A DNA stretch of 64,000 nucleotides from Mobula birostris (taxonomy: Eukaryota), in the NCBI RefSeq assembly GCF_030028105.1, contig NC_092397.1, forward strand, positions 26,980,630-27,044,629. The letters run 5' to 3'. Every line of letters starts with the position of its first letter. The first letter of the stretch is position 1. A program made the position numbers and the translations under genes. This document shows positions 13,726 to 26,289 of the stretch, piece by piece. The notes under the pieces were generated by a model. The model had not been told where the DNA came from and ran no database searches. It worked only from the letters and a program-made list of their open reading frames with translations.

Positions 13726-16700
13726 TAGAAACATAGAAAACCTACAGCACAATACAGGCCCTTCAGCCCACCAAGCTGTGCCGATCATGTCCTTACCTTA
13801 GATTACCTCAGCTTACCCATAGACCTCTATTTTTCTAAGCTCCATGGATCCATCCAGGAGTCTCTTAAAAGACCCTATTGTTTCCACCTCGACCACCGCC
13901 GCCAGGAGCCAAGTCATCGCACTCACCACTCTCTGCGTAAAAAAAAAAAAAAAAAATCTCTTCTGCACCTTCTTCCAGGCACCTTAAAACTATGCCCTCT
14001 CATGCTAGCCATTTCAGCCTTGGGGAAAAGCCTCTGATTATCCACACGATCAACGACTGTCATTATCTTGTACACACCTATCAGGTCACCTCTCATCCTC
14101 CGTCACTCCAAGGAGAAAAGGCCGAGTTCACTCATCCTATTCTCATAAGGCATGCTCCCCAATCCAGGCAACATCCTTGTAAATCTCCTCTGCACCCTTT
14201 CCATGGTTACCACTCCTTCCTGTAGTGAGGCGACCAGGATTGAGCACAGTACTCCAGGTGGGGTCTGACCAGGGACCTGCATATCTGCCACATTACCTCT
14301 CGGCTCTTAAGCTCAATCCCACGGTTGATGAAGGCCAATGCACCATATGCCTTCTTAACCAGAGTCCACCTGCGTAGCAGCTTTGAGTGTCTTATGGGCT
14401 TGGACCCCAAGATCCCTCTGATCCTCCACACTGCCAAGTGTCTTAACATTAATGCTATATTCTGACATCATATTTGACCTACCAAACTGAACCACCTCAC
14501 ACTTATATGGGTTGAACTCCATCTTCTACTTCTCAGCCCAGTTTTGCATCCTACCAATGTCCCGCTATAACTTCTGACAGTACTCCACACTATCCACAAC
14601 ACATCCAACCTTGGTTTTACCAGCAAATTTACTAACCCATTCCTCCACTTCCTCATCCAGGTCATTTATAAACATCATGAAGAGTAGGGGATCCGAGAAC
14701 AGATCTCTGAGGCACACCAGTGGTCACAAACTGCCATGCAGAATATGACCCATCTACAACCACTCTTTGCCTTCTGTGGGCAAGCCTGTTTCTGGATCCA
14801 CAAAGGAATGTCTCCTTAGATCCCATGCCTCCTTACTTTCTCAATAAGTCTTGCATGGGGTAGCTTATCACATGCCTTGCTGAAATCCATATACATTATA
14901 TCTTGGGCTCTACCTTCATCAATGTGTTTAATGAAATCCTCAAAAAATTTAATCAGGCTCGTAAGGCACGACCTGCCTTTGACAAAGCCAAGCTGACTAT
15001 TCCTGATCATATTATGCCTCTCCAAATGTTCATAAATCCTGCCTCTCAGGATGTTCTCCATCAACTTACCAACCACTGAAGTAAGACTCACTGGTCTGTA
15101 ATTTCCTGGGCTATCTCTACTCCCTTTCTTGAATAAGGGAACAACCTCCGCAACCCTCCAATCCTCCGGAACATCTCCCGTTGTTATTGATGATGCAAAG
15201 ATCCTCGCCATAGGCTCAGCAATCTCCTCCCTCACTTCCAGCAATAGCCAGGGTACATCCCGTCCAGTCCCAGTGACTTATCCAACTTGATGCTTTCCAA
15301 AAGCTCCAGTACATCCTTAATATCTATATGCTCAAGCTTTTCAGTCACCTGCAAGTCATCCCTACAATCGCCAAGATCCTTTTCCATAGTGAATACTGAA
15401 GCAAAGTATTCATTAAGTACCTCTGCTATCTCCTTCGGTTCCATACACACTGTTCCACTGTCACACTTGATTGGTCCCATTCTCTCACGTCTTATCCTCT
15501 TGCTCTTCACATACTTGTAGAATGCTTTAGGGTTTTCCGTAATCCTGTCTGCCAAGGCCTTCACATGGCATCTTTTGGCTCTCCTAATTTCATTCTTAAG
15601 CTTCTTCCTGCTAGCCTTTTAATCTTCTAGATTCATATCATTACCTCGTTTTTTGAACCTTTCATAAGCTCTTCTATCTTCTTGACTGGATTTACAACTG
15701 CCTTTGTACACCACGGTTCCTGTACCCTACCGTCCTTTCCCTGTCTCATTTGAATGTACCTATGCAGAACCCCACACAAATATCCCCTGAGGATTTGCTA
15801 CATTTCTTCCATACATTTCCCTGGGAACATCTGTTTCCAACTTATGCTTCCAAGTTTGCCTGAATAGCCTCATATTTCTCCTTACTCCGATTAAACGTTT
15901 CCCTAACTTGTCTGTTCCTATCCCTCCCTTATACTATGGTAAAGGAGATAGAATTGTGATCACTATGTCCAAAATGCTCTCCCACTGAGAGACCTGACAC
16001 CTGACCAGGTTCATTTCCCAATACCAGATCAAATACAAGTCTCTCCTCTTGTAGGGTTATCTACATATTGTGTCAAGAAACCTTCCTGAACACACCTAAC
16101 AAACTCAACCCCATCTAAACTCCTCACTCTAGGGAGATGCCATTCAATATTTAGGCAAATTAAAATCTCCCACCACAACAACCCTGTTATTGTTGCATCT
16201 TTGCAGAATCTGTCTCCCTACCTGCTCCTCGATGTCACTGTTACTATTGGGTGGTCTATAAAAAGCACCCTGTAGATTTATTGATCCCTTCCTATTCCTA
16301 ACTTCCACCCACAGAGACTCTGTAGACAGCCCTTCCCTGTCCTTTCTGAAACATCTAAAGCCTGGCACTTGAAGTAGCTATTCTTGCCCCTGCAACATCC
16401 AAGTCTCTGTAATGGCCACAACATCATAGCTCCAAGTGCTGATCCATGCTTTAAGCTCATCCGCATTTTTCATAATATTCCTTGCATTAAAATAGACACA
16501 TCTCAAACCATCGGTCTAAGTGCGTCCCTTGTCTATCACCTGCCTATTCTCCTTTTCCAAGCTTTCTCTATCTGAGTGCCAACCTCCCTTTCCTCCGTCA
16601 CTTCAGTTCAGTTCCTACCCCCTACAGTGCTAGTTTAAACTCTCTCCAACAGCCTTAGTAAACCTCCCCGCCAGGATATTGGTCCCCTTGGGATTCAAAT

Positions 16701-17267
16701 GCAATTTGTCCTGTTTGTACAGGTCACACCTGCCCCAAAAGAGGTCCCAAAGATCCAGAAATCTGAATCCCTGCCCCCTGCTCCAATCCCTCAGCCAGGC
16801 ATTTATCCTCCACCTCATTCTATTCCTGTACTCCTGAGATTACCTGTGAGGTCCTGCTGCTCAACTTCCTTCCGAACTCCCTGCAGTCTGTTTTCAGGAC
16901 CTCCTCCCTTTTTCTACATATGTCATTGGTACCAATATGTCCCACAACTTCTGGCTGTTCTCCTACCTACTTCAGGGTATCGTGGATGTGATCAGAAACT
17001 TCCCACACCCTGGCACCTGGGAAGCAAACTACCATCCGTGTTTCTTACCTGTGTCGACAGAATCACTTGTCCAACCACCTAACTATAGGGTCCCCTATCA
17101 CTGCTGCCATCCTCTTCCTTTCCCTGCCCTTCTGAGCCACAGGGTCAGGCTCTGTGCCAGAGGCGTGGCCACTGTTGTTTCCCCAGGAAGGTTGTTCACC
17201 CCCCCCCAACAGTACTCAAACAGGAGTACTTATTGTTATGTGTGACAGAAACTGGGGTACTCTCTAG
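13726..17267 (-). mobile_element. CR1 LINE, long decayed copy (ORF1 esterase-like, APE endonuclease, RT, 3' tail)
   Basis: DKLHLNPKGT; FYRPPNS...VVVGDFN; PEDWRVAEVVPLFKKG...NYRPVSLTSV; RPHLEYCAQ; (TTCTATGT)n tail. Confidence 0.92.
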
Positions 17268-18380
17268 CAACAGGAATTCTGCAGATGCTGGAAATTCAAG
17301 CAACAAACATAAAAGTTGCTAGTGAACGCAGCAGGCCAGGCAGCATCTCTAGGAAGAGGTGCAGTCGATGTTTCAGGCCAAGACCCTTCGTCAGGACTAA
17401 CTGAAGGAAGAGTGAGTAAGGGATTTGAAAGTTGGAGGGGGAGGGGGAGATCCAAAATGATAGGAGAAGACAGGAGGGGGAGGGATGGAGCCAAGAGCTG
17501 GACAGGTGATAGGCAAAAGGGATACGAGAGGATCATGGGACAGGAGGTCCGGGAAGAAAGACAAGGAGGGTGTGGGGGGGGGGTACCTAGAGGATGGGCA
17601 AGGGGTATATTCAGAGTGACAGAGTGAGAAAAAGGGGAGAGAGAGAAAGAATGTGTGTATAAAAATAAGTAACAGATAGGGTACGAGGGGGAGGTGGGGC
17701 ATTAGCGGAAGTTAGAGAAGTCGATGTTCATGCCATCAGGTTGGAGGCTACCCAGACGGAATATAAGGTGTTGTTCCTCTAACCTGAGTGTGGCTTCATC
17801 TTTAAAGTAGAGGAGGCCGTGGATAGACATGTCAGAATGGGAATGGGATGTGGAATTAAAACGTGTGGTCACTGGGAGATCCTGCTTTCTCTGGCGGACA
17901 GAGCGTAGGTGTTCAGCAAAGCATCTCCCAGTCTGTGTCGGGTCTCGCCAATATACAAAAGGCCACATCGGGAGCACCGGACGCAGTATATCACCCCAGC
18001 CGACTCACAGGTGAAGTGTTGCCTCACCTGGAAGGACTGCTTGGGGCCCTGAATGGTGGTAAGGAAGGAAGTGTAAGGGCATGTGTAGCACTTGTTCCGC
18101 TTACACGGATAAATGCCAGGAGGGAGATCAGTAGGGAGGGATGGGGGTGACGAATGGACAAGGGAGTCACGTAGGGAGCGATCCCTGTGGAATACAGGGT
18201 GGGGGGAGGGAAAGATGTGCTTAGTGTTGGGATCCCGTTGGAGGTGGTGGAAGTTACGGAGAATAATGTGTTGGACCCGGAGGCTGGTGGGGTGGTAGGT
18301 GAGCACCAGGGGAACCCTATTCCTAGTGGGGTGGTGGGAGGATGGAGTGAGAGCAGATGTACGTGAAATGGGGGAGATGT
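17268..18380 (-). mobile_element. Penelope-like retroelement 3' part (GIY-YIG domain + terminal region)
   Basis: FTCESAGVIYCVRCSRCGLLYIGETR; terminal region matches 36900-37315. Confidence 0.92.
17362..17398 (-). ncRNA. Minimal hammerhead motif in a Penelope end (AUC triplet)
   Basis: AGTC-CTGACGA-AGGGTCTTGGCCT-GAAAC-ATC-GACTG. Confidence 0.6.
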
Positions 18381-20553
18381 GTCAGTATTACAATTGAACA
18401 AAGAGAACTATGGTGCTGTGAGGGAGGAGCTGGCCAAAGTTCAGTGGAACAATATCCTAGCAGGGATGACAGTGGAAAAGCAATGGCAGTGTTTCTGGGA
18501 ATAATGCGGAAGGTGCAGGATCAGTTCATTCTAAAGAGGAAGGAAGATCCTAAGGGGAGTAAGGGGAGGCCGTGGCTGACAAGGGAAGTAATGGACAGTA
18601 TAAAAATAAAAGAGAAGTATAACATAGCAAAGATAAGTGGGAAGCTGGAGGATTGGGAAACTTTTAAAGAGCAACAGAAGGTAACTAAAAAGGCAATACG
18701 CGGAGAAAAAATGAGGTACGAAGATAAACTAGCCAAGAATATAAAGGAGGATAGTAAAAGCTTCTTTAGGTATGTGAAAAGGAAAAAAAAAAATAGTTAA
18801 GACCAAAATTGGGCCCTTGAAGACAGAAACGGGTGAATTTATTATTGGGAACAAGGAAATGGCAGACGAGTTGAACAGGTACTTTGGATCTGTCTTCACT
18901 GGAGAAGACACAAACAATCTCCCAGATATAATAGTGGCCAAAGGACCTAGGGTAATGGATGAAATGAAGGAAATTTATATCAGGCAGGAAATATTGTTGG
19001 ATAGACTGTTGGGTCTGAAGGCTGATAAGTCCCCGGGACCTGATGGTCTGCATCCCAGGGTACTTAAGGAGGTGGCTTTAGAAATCGTGGATGCATTGGT
19101 AATCATTTTCCAATGTTCTATAGATTCAGGATCAGTTCCTGTGGATTGGAGGGTGGCTAATGTTGTCCCTATCTTCAAGAAGGGAAGAAGAGAGAAAACA
19201 GGGAATTATAGACCAGTTAGCCTGACGTCTGTGGTGGGAAAGATGCTGGAGTCAATTATAAAAGATGAAATTACGACACATCTGGATAGCAGTAACAGGA
19301 TCGGTCCGAGTCAGCATGGACATACAAAGGGGAAATCGTGTGTGACTAATCTTCTGGAATTTTTTGAGGATGTATCTATGAAAATGGACAAGGGAGATCC
19401 AGTGGATGCAGTGTACCTGGACTTTCAGAAAGCCTTTCATAAAGTCCCACAAAGGAGATTAGTGGGCAAAATTAGGGCATGTGGCATTGGGGGCAGAGTA
19501 CTGACATGGATTGAAAATTGGCTGGCTGACAGAAAACAAAGAGTGGCGATTAACGGGTCCCTTTCGGAATGACAGGCAGTGATGAGTGGGTTACCGCAGG
19601 GTTCAGTGATGGGACCGCAGCTGTTTACAATATATATTAATGATTTAGATGAGGGAATTATAAGTAACATTAGCAAATTTGCCGATGACACAAAGCTGGG
19701 TGGCAGTGTGAAATGTGAGGAGGATGTTATGAGAATGCAGGGTGACTTGGACAGGCTGGTTGAGTGGGCAGATGCATGGCAGATGCAGTTTAATGTGGAT
19801 AAATGTGAGGTTATCCACTTTGGTGGTAAGAACAGGAAGGCAGATTATTATCTAAATGGAGTCAAGTTAGGAAAAGGGGAAGTACAACGAGATCGAGGTG
19901 TCCTTGTACATCAGTCACTGAAAGCAAGCATGCAAGTACAGCAGGCAGTGAAGAAAGCTCATGGCATGCTGGCCTTCATAACAAGGGGAATTGAGTATAA
20001 GTCCTTCTGCAATTGTACAGGGTCCTGGTGAGACCACACCTGGAATACTGTGTGCAGATTTGGTCTCCAAATTTGAGGAAGGACATTCTTGCTATTGAGG
20101 GAGTGCAGCGTAGGTTCACAAGGTTAATTCTCGGGATGGCGATGTTGAAAGATTGGAGCGACTGGGCTTGTATACTCTGGAATTTAGAACGCTGAAAGGG
20201 GATCTTATTGAAACATAAGATTAAGGGATTGGACACGCTGGAGGCAGGAAGCATGTTCCTGCTGATGGGTGAGTCCAGAACCAGAGGCCACAGTTTAAGA
20301 ATAAGGGGTAGGCCATTTAGACCGGAGTTGAGTGGTGGATATATGGAATGCCTGCCCCAGAAGGCTGTGGAGGCCAAGTCTCTGGATGCTTTCAAGAAAG
20401 AGATGGATAGAGTTCTTAACAATAGCGGAATCAAAGGTTATGGGGGTAAGGCAGGAACTGGATACTGATTGTGGATGATCAGCCATGATCACAGTGAATG
20501 GCGGTGCTGGCTCGACGGGTCGAATGGCCTACTCCTGCACCTATTGTCTATTG
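18381..20553 (+). mobile_element. CR1 LINE, RT region to 3' end, with stops and frameshifts
   Basis: KSPGPDGLHPRVLKE, YLDFQKAF, PQGSVMGP, SKFADDTKL, RPHLEYCVQ. Confidence 0.95.
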
Positions 20554-21274
20554 TATGTTCCTGCTCGTTTAAACCCTTCCGTGCAGCTGGAGGGAATCTC
20601 CCCGTAAACATATTGTCTCCCCTCCACCTTGGACCCGTCTCCCCTTCATTTCGAGAGTCCAATGATCCTTGTACCTGAAGCCCCCACCCACCTCACACCA
20701 GTTCCTCAGCCACACCTTTACCTGGGCTTTCGAAGGCGCCAGAAGCGCGGTCTATATATCTGGTTATGTATCCTGTTCCTGTATGTGACCGGTCTTTCAT
20801 TTCCCTGGGGACTCAGAGGAACAAGTGTTCTAATGAATCAATCCTCTCATCACTGGAAGTGACTGCACCCTCGCCCACCAACTGCTGTGTGTGAGGGCGC
20901 TCGCACTGGTCATGGAGCCGAGAGGGACAGACCGAGGTCCTCCGGGATTTGTAGAATGGAAAAGCACTTCCTATAATTTAAAGCAGGAGAATCAGCAAAA
21001 ACCCAGAAACCGTTCAGTACGTATGTGGTGTGTGAGGGAGTTTTGTTTTTCGCTGGAGCGTTTTGTGTCGGATGAATCGTTGGAAATGGCGGGTGTGGTA
21101 AAGTGAAGGCGGAGCTGGACGATTGGAGGCCGCTCTCGGCTCTGTCCGTCACTCTGACTCTGTCTCCACCCCTCCCCGCCTCTGTCTCTCTGCGCGTTTC
21201 TCGGGCAGGTCGGGGCGCTGTGTATAAAAGGAGACAGCAACAGGCAGTTTGTCAGTGAGCAGCGACCTGAGTGA

Positions 21275-21595
<321 letters not shown>

Positions 21596-21628
21596 AAATC
21601 TCCCACTTCCTCCCGAGCACGAAACAAC

Positions 21629-21644
21629 GGCTCTTTTAAGAGCC
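21629..21644 (+). promoter_or_regulatory. Histone 3' stem-loop of H4
   Basis: GGCTCTTTTAAGAGCC followed by ACCCA and a purine-rich downstream element (ACGGACGGAG). Confidence 0.97.
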
Positions 21645-22284
21645 ACCCACCGCCTCACGGACGGAGCCGTATCCACACACAAAATTTTGATTATTTTTTA
21701 TCGATACATTCACCTGAGTTACATTTGCAACAGATTAATCGGTTCCGCTTGAAATCAACCTGCGAACCTGCCTTTCCAGTCCATGATTACAATAAAATCT
21801 CTGAATTCATTAAGGTCGATCTTAATCCTTTTATCCGTCTCGGACAGAAATAAGTTCACTCGTTTAGAGAAACGATTCCGTAATTATGCATTTAAATCTT
21901 AACTGAGGGATTTAGATATTAAATAAAAGTGAAATTGTATAATCCGTGATAGAATTAATTGCAAATAAAAATAATCAGGCAGTTGCTGGCTGCTCTGAAA
22001 TTGGCGGGCGATTTGAACTGTAACCCGCGCTAATCACATTGCATTCTGATTGGATGACCTCCGACCGCCACTTAAGAGTTTCTCATTTGGCCCTTAATTG
22101 TTATTCGCCATCAGCCTGCATGAAATGAGTCAACCAATCGCAGAAACTAGATCCTTTAATAGACACCTGATGACGAGCCAATCAGAGGCGATGGGACGGT
22201 CCTTCTCAAACAGTATATAGTTACGTCCCTGAACCCGTTCCGTCTATATCGTTCCTGTATTTCAGCCTGTGTTCTCGGTTCTGA

Positions 22285-22701
<417 letters not shown>

Positions 22702-22730
22702 ACCCGGCCTCCACACCAAGCACAAGAAAA

Positions 22731-22746
22731 GGCTCTTTTAAGAGCC
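22731..22746 (+). promoter_or_regulatory. Histone 3' stem-loop of H3
   Basis: GGCTCTTTTAAGAGCC, then AAAGGAAAGGG downstream element near 22758. Confidence 0.97.
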
Positions 22747-22819
22747 ACTACCACAGCAAAGGAAAGGGCAGTCGCTTGCTGATCATTGTATTATCGTAGT
22801 GACGATCTGCCTTCCTGAT

Positions 22820-23165
22820 GGGGTTATTTGGTTTTGCACTGATTGACCGCGATCATCAGCTGTTCTGTGCCGTCAGGTTGATTCAGCGAGGGAAAGGAGA
22901 TGAACGTGCTCCCTCCCCGTCAGGGTCTCACCTGGCCCTTCATTTCTCCCACAAACCTGGCATGTACAGCTGCTGCGGCTGTTACCGTTTTGTTTGCTTT
23001 GGACATGCCCGGCTGTCCTTGCAGTGGGAGCATGTGGTCGCGCTGGGAACAGAGGGGGGTTTCCTGGAGCGGTGATCCCAGGCAATAGTGGTTATTGTTT
23101 TTTTTTTAATTTGCTTTCCCTCTCTTGTACATATTAGATGTTGGTGTTTTGTGTGAATAAACTTA
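22820..23165 (+). mobile_element. Probable decayed Tx1/L1-clade 3' fragment
   Basis: LHFS and ARLSLQWEHVVALGTEGGFLER* resemble Tx1 ORF2 C-termini (recalled, not searched); T-rich tail with AATAAA. Confidence 0.45.
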
Positions 23166-23638
23166 TGTAGTTTTGTGGCTGGTAACTGAATGAAGGTCAG
23201 TCGGCAATGTCACGGGGTAGTTTATCATATATCTTCCCCCTGCAGTCCATCCCCAGAGACAGATCCCTCTCTCAAGACGCCCCCTCCCCTCTCACATGGG
23301 TTTCAGCAGTTCCCAATCAACTCAGCAGAATCGGGCTTTGGGGTGTGAGGCGCGTAATCTCCGCTGGAGTCAGTGTCTCAGTCACTCTCTCCCGGCATGG
23401 GAGAAGGGACTGGGTTTACACCTACATCACATGTCTCTCAATCTCAATCTCTCTCTCACACACACACCCTGAGTGAAACTCAGTGTTTCACTTCAGATCT
23501 GGGACGTCACGGCGGCACCGAATGTCAGCGAAGTACCGGGAATATCGGGTTTTATGGGAGAAGTTCCCCCGGAAAACTAAGTCGGACCCGCAGCGGGAAT
23601 CACAATATTTATGATCAGCTCTTTTCTGAGATGTGGGT

Positions 23639-23654
23639 GGCTCTGAGAAGAGCC
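23639..23654 (-). promoter_or_regulatory. Histone 3' stem-loop of H1
   Basis: Reverse complement reads GGCTCTTCTCAGAGCC-ACCCA, followed by a canonical HDE (GAAAAGAGCTG). Confidence 0.97.
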
Positions 23655-23691
23655 GTTGGGTTCAAACACACACAAATGGTGTATTCTCGAT

Positions 23692-24312
23692 TTACTTTTT
23701 GACTGCTGTCTTCTTGGGCTTCGGCGCCGCTTTCTTGGCCGCTGATTTCTTCACTGAGACTTTCTTAGCCGCTGGTTTCTTCGCTGCCGCTTTCTTGGCC
23801 GCAGGTTTCTTGGCCGCTGGTTTCTTCGCTGCCGCTTTCTTGGCCGCAGGTTTCTTCGCTGCCGCTTTCTTGGCTGCTGGTTTCTTCGCTGCCGCTTGCT
23901 TAGCCGCTGGTTTCTTGGCGCCAGACTTCTTGCTGGAAGATTTCTTTACCGATGGCTTGTTCGCTTTCTTCACTGTTTTCACGGCACTTTTTCCTTGACC
24001 GGATTTAAAGGATCCCGAAAGACCCGCGCCCTTGGTCTGAACCAAGGAGCCGCTTTCCACTCTCTTCTTGATGCACATCCTGATCTGGGCGCGACGTTTC
24101 CCCACATCGACACCGCTGCTGGTCAGAGCCTTCATGATGGCCACAGCGGACATCCCCTTCCTATCGCGACAACCCGCCACAATCTTATCGATTTGTTCGC
24201 CCAGCTTGGGACCGGCTGGTTTGCTCCGGGCGGCCGCCTTCTTCTTGGGACTCTTCTTTGCGGCGGCGGGTGCGGCTGGAGGAGCCGTTTCGGCGGGTGC
24301 TGTCTCGGTCAT
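23692..24312 (-). CDS. H1: Linker histone H1
   Basis: 206-aa ORF with an Ala/Pro N-tail, a globular domain ending [14 protein letters not shown] and a Lys/Ala-rich C-tail; H1 box AAACACA (24453-24459, - strand), GC box and TTTAAAT upstream. Confidence 0.96.
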   Translation of the reverse strand: MTETAPAETAPPAAPAAAKKSPKKKAAARSKPAGPKLGEQIDKIVAGCRDRKGMSAVAIMKALTSSGVDVGKRRAQIRMCIKKRVESGSLVQTKGAGLSGSFKSGQGKSAVKTVKKANKPSVKKSSSKKSGAKKPAAKQAAAKKPAAKKAAAKKPAAKKAAAKKPAAKKPAAKKAAAKKPAAKKVSVKKSAAKKAAPKPKKTAVKK

Positions 24313-24935
24313 GTCGGCAACTCTGGAAAATCCTTCTCACAATCAGACTGAATGAGAAATGAAGCGAAAGGCGGCGGCACAGAGCAATTTAAAGGCAGCG
24401 AGCGGACGGGGCGGAGACATCCTCCTGTCAGATCCCGGAGACTTCATTTTTCTGTGTTTCTCTCTCCTCAAAAACTCTCCAATTCCAATTAAAATCGGAC
24501 ATTCCGGAGACTCGGACTGGCCCCTGTCCGTCACTGAGGCCGCAAAGTTCGCTGGAAATAAAGTTTATTCAAGATTAAAGGCAGCTCTTTCTATTTTAAC
24601 CCGTTTCATTATTGCGCTGCCCGCGATCTCTCTCCCGATCAGTGACCTGTTCTCTGCTTTTGGACTGTAATACTAAAAGTAACGAAAACTTTGCGGTTTA
24701 TTCCAGCTTCAGGACTGAGTGGGAGAGTGAGGCGATTCCGTAACAGAGAATTTTTTTTCATTTTGTTTATCAGACGCTGGGAAATCCTACGATATGTTCG
24801 GACTCACAAACACAGCAACAGTAGTCTAAACCGCCCGCCCCTTTTACACACTCTCTCTGACATAATGCTCCCAGCAACACACACAGAAAATGCTGGTGAA
24901 CGCAGCAGGCCAGGCAGCATCTATAGGAAGAGGTA

Positions 24936-24972
24936 CAGTCGACGTTTCGGGCCGGGACCCTTCGTCAGGACT
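24936..24972 (-). ncRNA. Minimal type-I hammerhead ribozyme motif, intact core
   Basis: AGTC-CTGACGA-AGGGTCCCGGCCC-GAAAC-GTC^GACTG: stem I AGTC/GACT, stem II GGGT/GCCC, palindromic ACGT helix III. Confidence 0.75.
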
Positions 24973-25435
24973 CTGGTGCTAAATGTGGCCTGACTTGCTG
25001 GGTTCCTCCAGCATTTTGGCCAGCAAAATTAAACGACAGTTTCCATGTCATATAACACTGATAAATCTGACTCTGATCCCAAGGAATAGAGGACAAAGGA
25101 CATTGTCTGGCCAAATTCTCTGTGTAACTGAGAACCTCAGGTTCGGGAAACATCATTGGAAATCTTTTCTGCACTCTCCCCAGTTTAACCCCGTTTCCTA
25201 TAACGGTGACGAGAGCTGTACACAAATCAGCAAGTGTGGCCTCCGGTCACTTACACAACTCTATCATAATGTCCGAACTGATATACTCAATCCCCTGACT
25301 AATGAAGACCAGCATGTTACGTTCTGCATCACCCTGTTTACCAGTGATATCTCTTTCCATGACCCGTGTGTGCACTTTACCCCTAAATCTCTCCAGCCCA
25401 TTCCACTCCCTAATGACCGATCGTTCACAGTGTAA

Positions 25436-26288
25436 GTTGATTTAGGCCAGTTAGAAGAGTGGGCTGAAAGAACGCAGATGGAGTTTAATGTTCATAAATG
25501 TGAGGTGCTATATTTTGTTTGGACTAATCAAAATATGACATACATGGTAAATAGTAGAGCATTGAAGAATGCAGTAGAACAGAGGGATCGAGAAATAATG
25601 GTGCATAGTTCCGTGAAGGTGGAATCTCATGTTGATAGGGTGGTGAAGAAAGCTTTTGGTATGCTGGCCTTTATAAATCAGAGCATTGAGTATAGGAGTT
25701 GGTATATAATGTTGTAATTGTACAAGGCATTGGTAAGGCCAAATTTAGAGTATTGTGTACAGTTCTGGTCACCGAATTATAGGAAAGATGTCAAAAAAAT
25801 TGAGAGAGTACAGAGAAGATTTACTAGAATGTTACCTGGGTTTCATCTCCTAAGTTACAGAGAAAGGTTGAACAAGTTGGGTCTTTATTCTTTGGAGCGT
25901 AGAAGGTTGAGGGGGGACTTGATAGAGGTATTTAAAATTATGAGGGGGATAGATAGAGTTGATGTGGATAGGCCTTTTCCATTGACAGTGGGAGAGATTC
26001 AAACAAGAGGACATGAGTTGAGAGTTAAAGGGCAAAAGTTTAGGGGTAACATGACGGGGAACTTGTTTACTCAGAGTGGTAGCTCTGTGGAGTGAGCTTC
26101 CAGCAAAAGTGGTTGAGGCAGGTTCGATGTTGTCATTTAATGTTAAATTCAATAGCTATATGGACAGGAAAGGAATGGAGGGTTATGGGCTGAGTGCAGG
26201 TTGGTGGGACAGGGTGAGAGTAAGAGTTTGGCACAGACTAGAAGGACCGAGATGGCCTGTTTCTGTGCTGTAATTGTTATATGGTTAT
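25436..26288 (+). mobile_element. CR1 3' fragment
   Basis: RPNLEYCVQFWSP...RRLRGDLIEVFK; GTTATATG tail. Confidence 0.9.
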
Positions 26289-26289
26289 A

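Noticed and set aside
18817-20031. Active reverse transcriptase gene
   Set aside because: In-frame stop near 19570, frameshifts and a missing 5' end; a dead CR1 copy.
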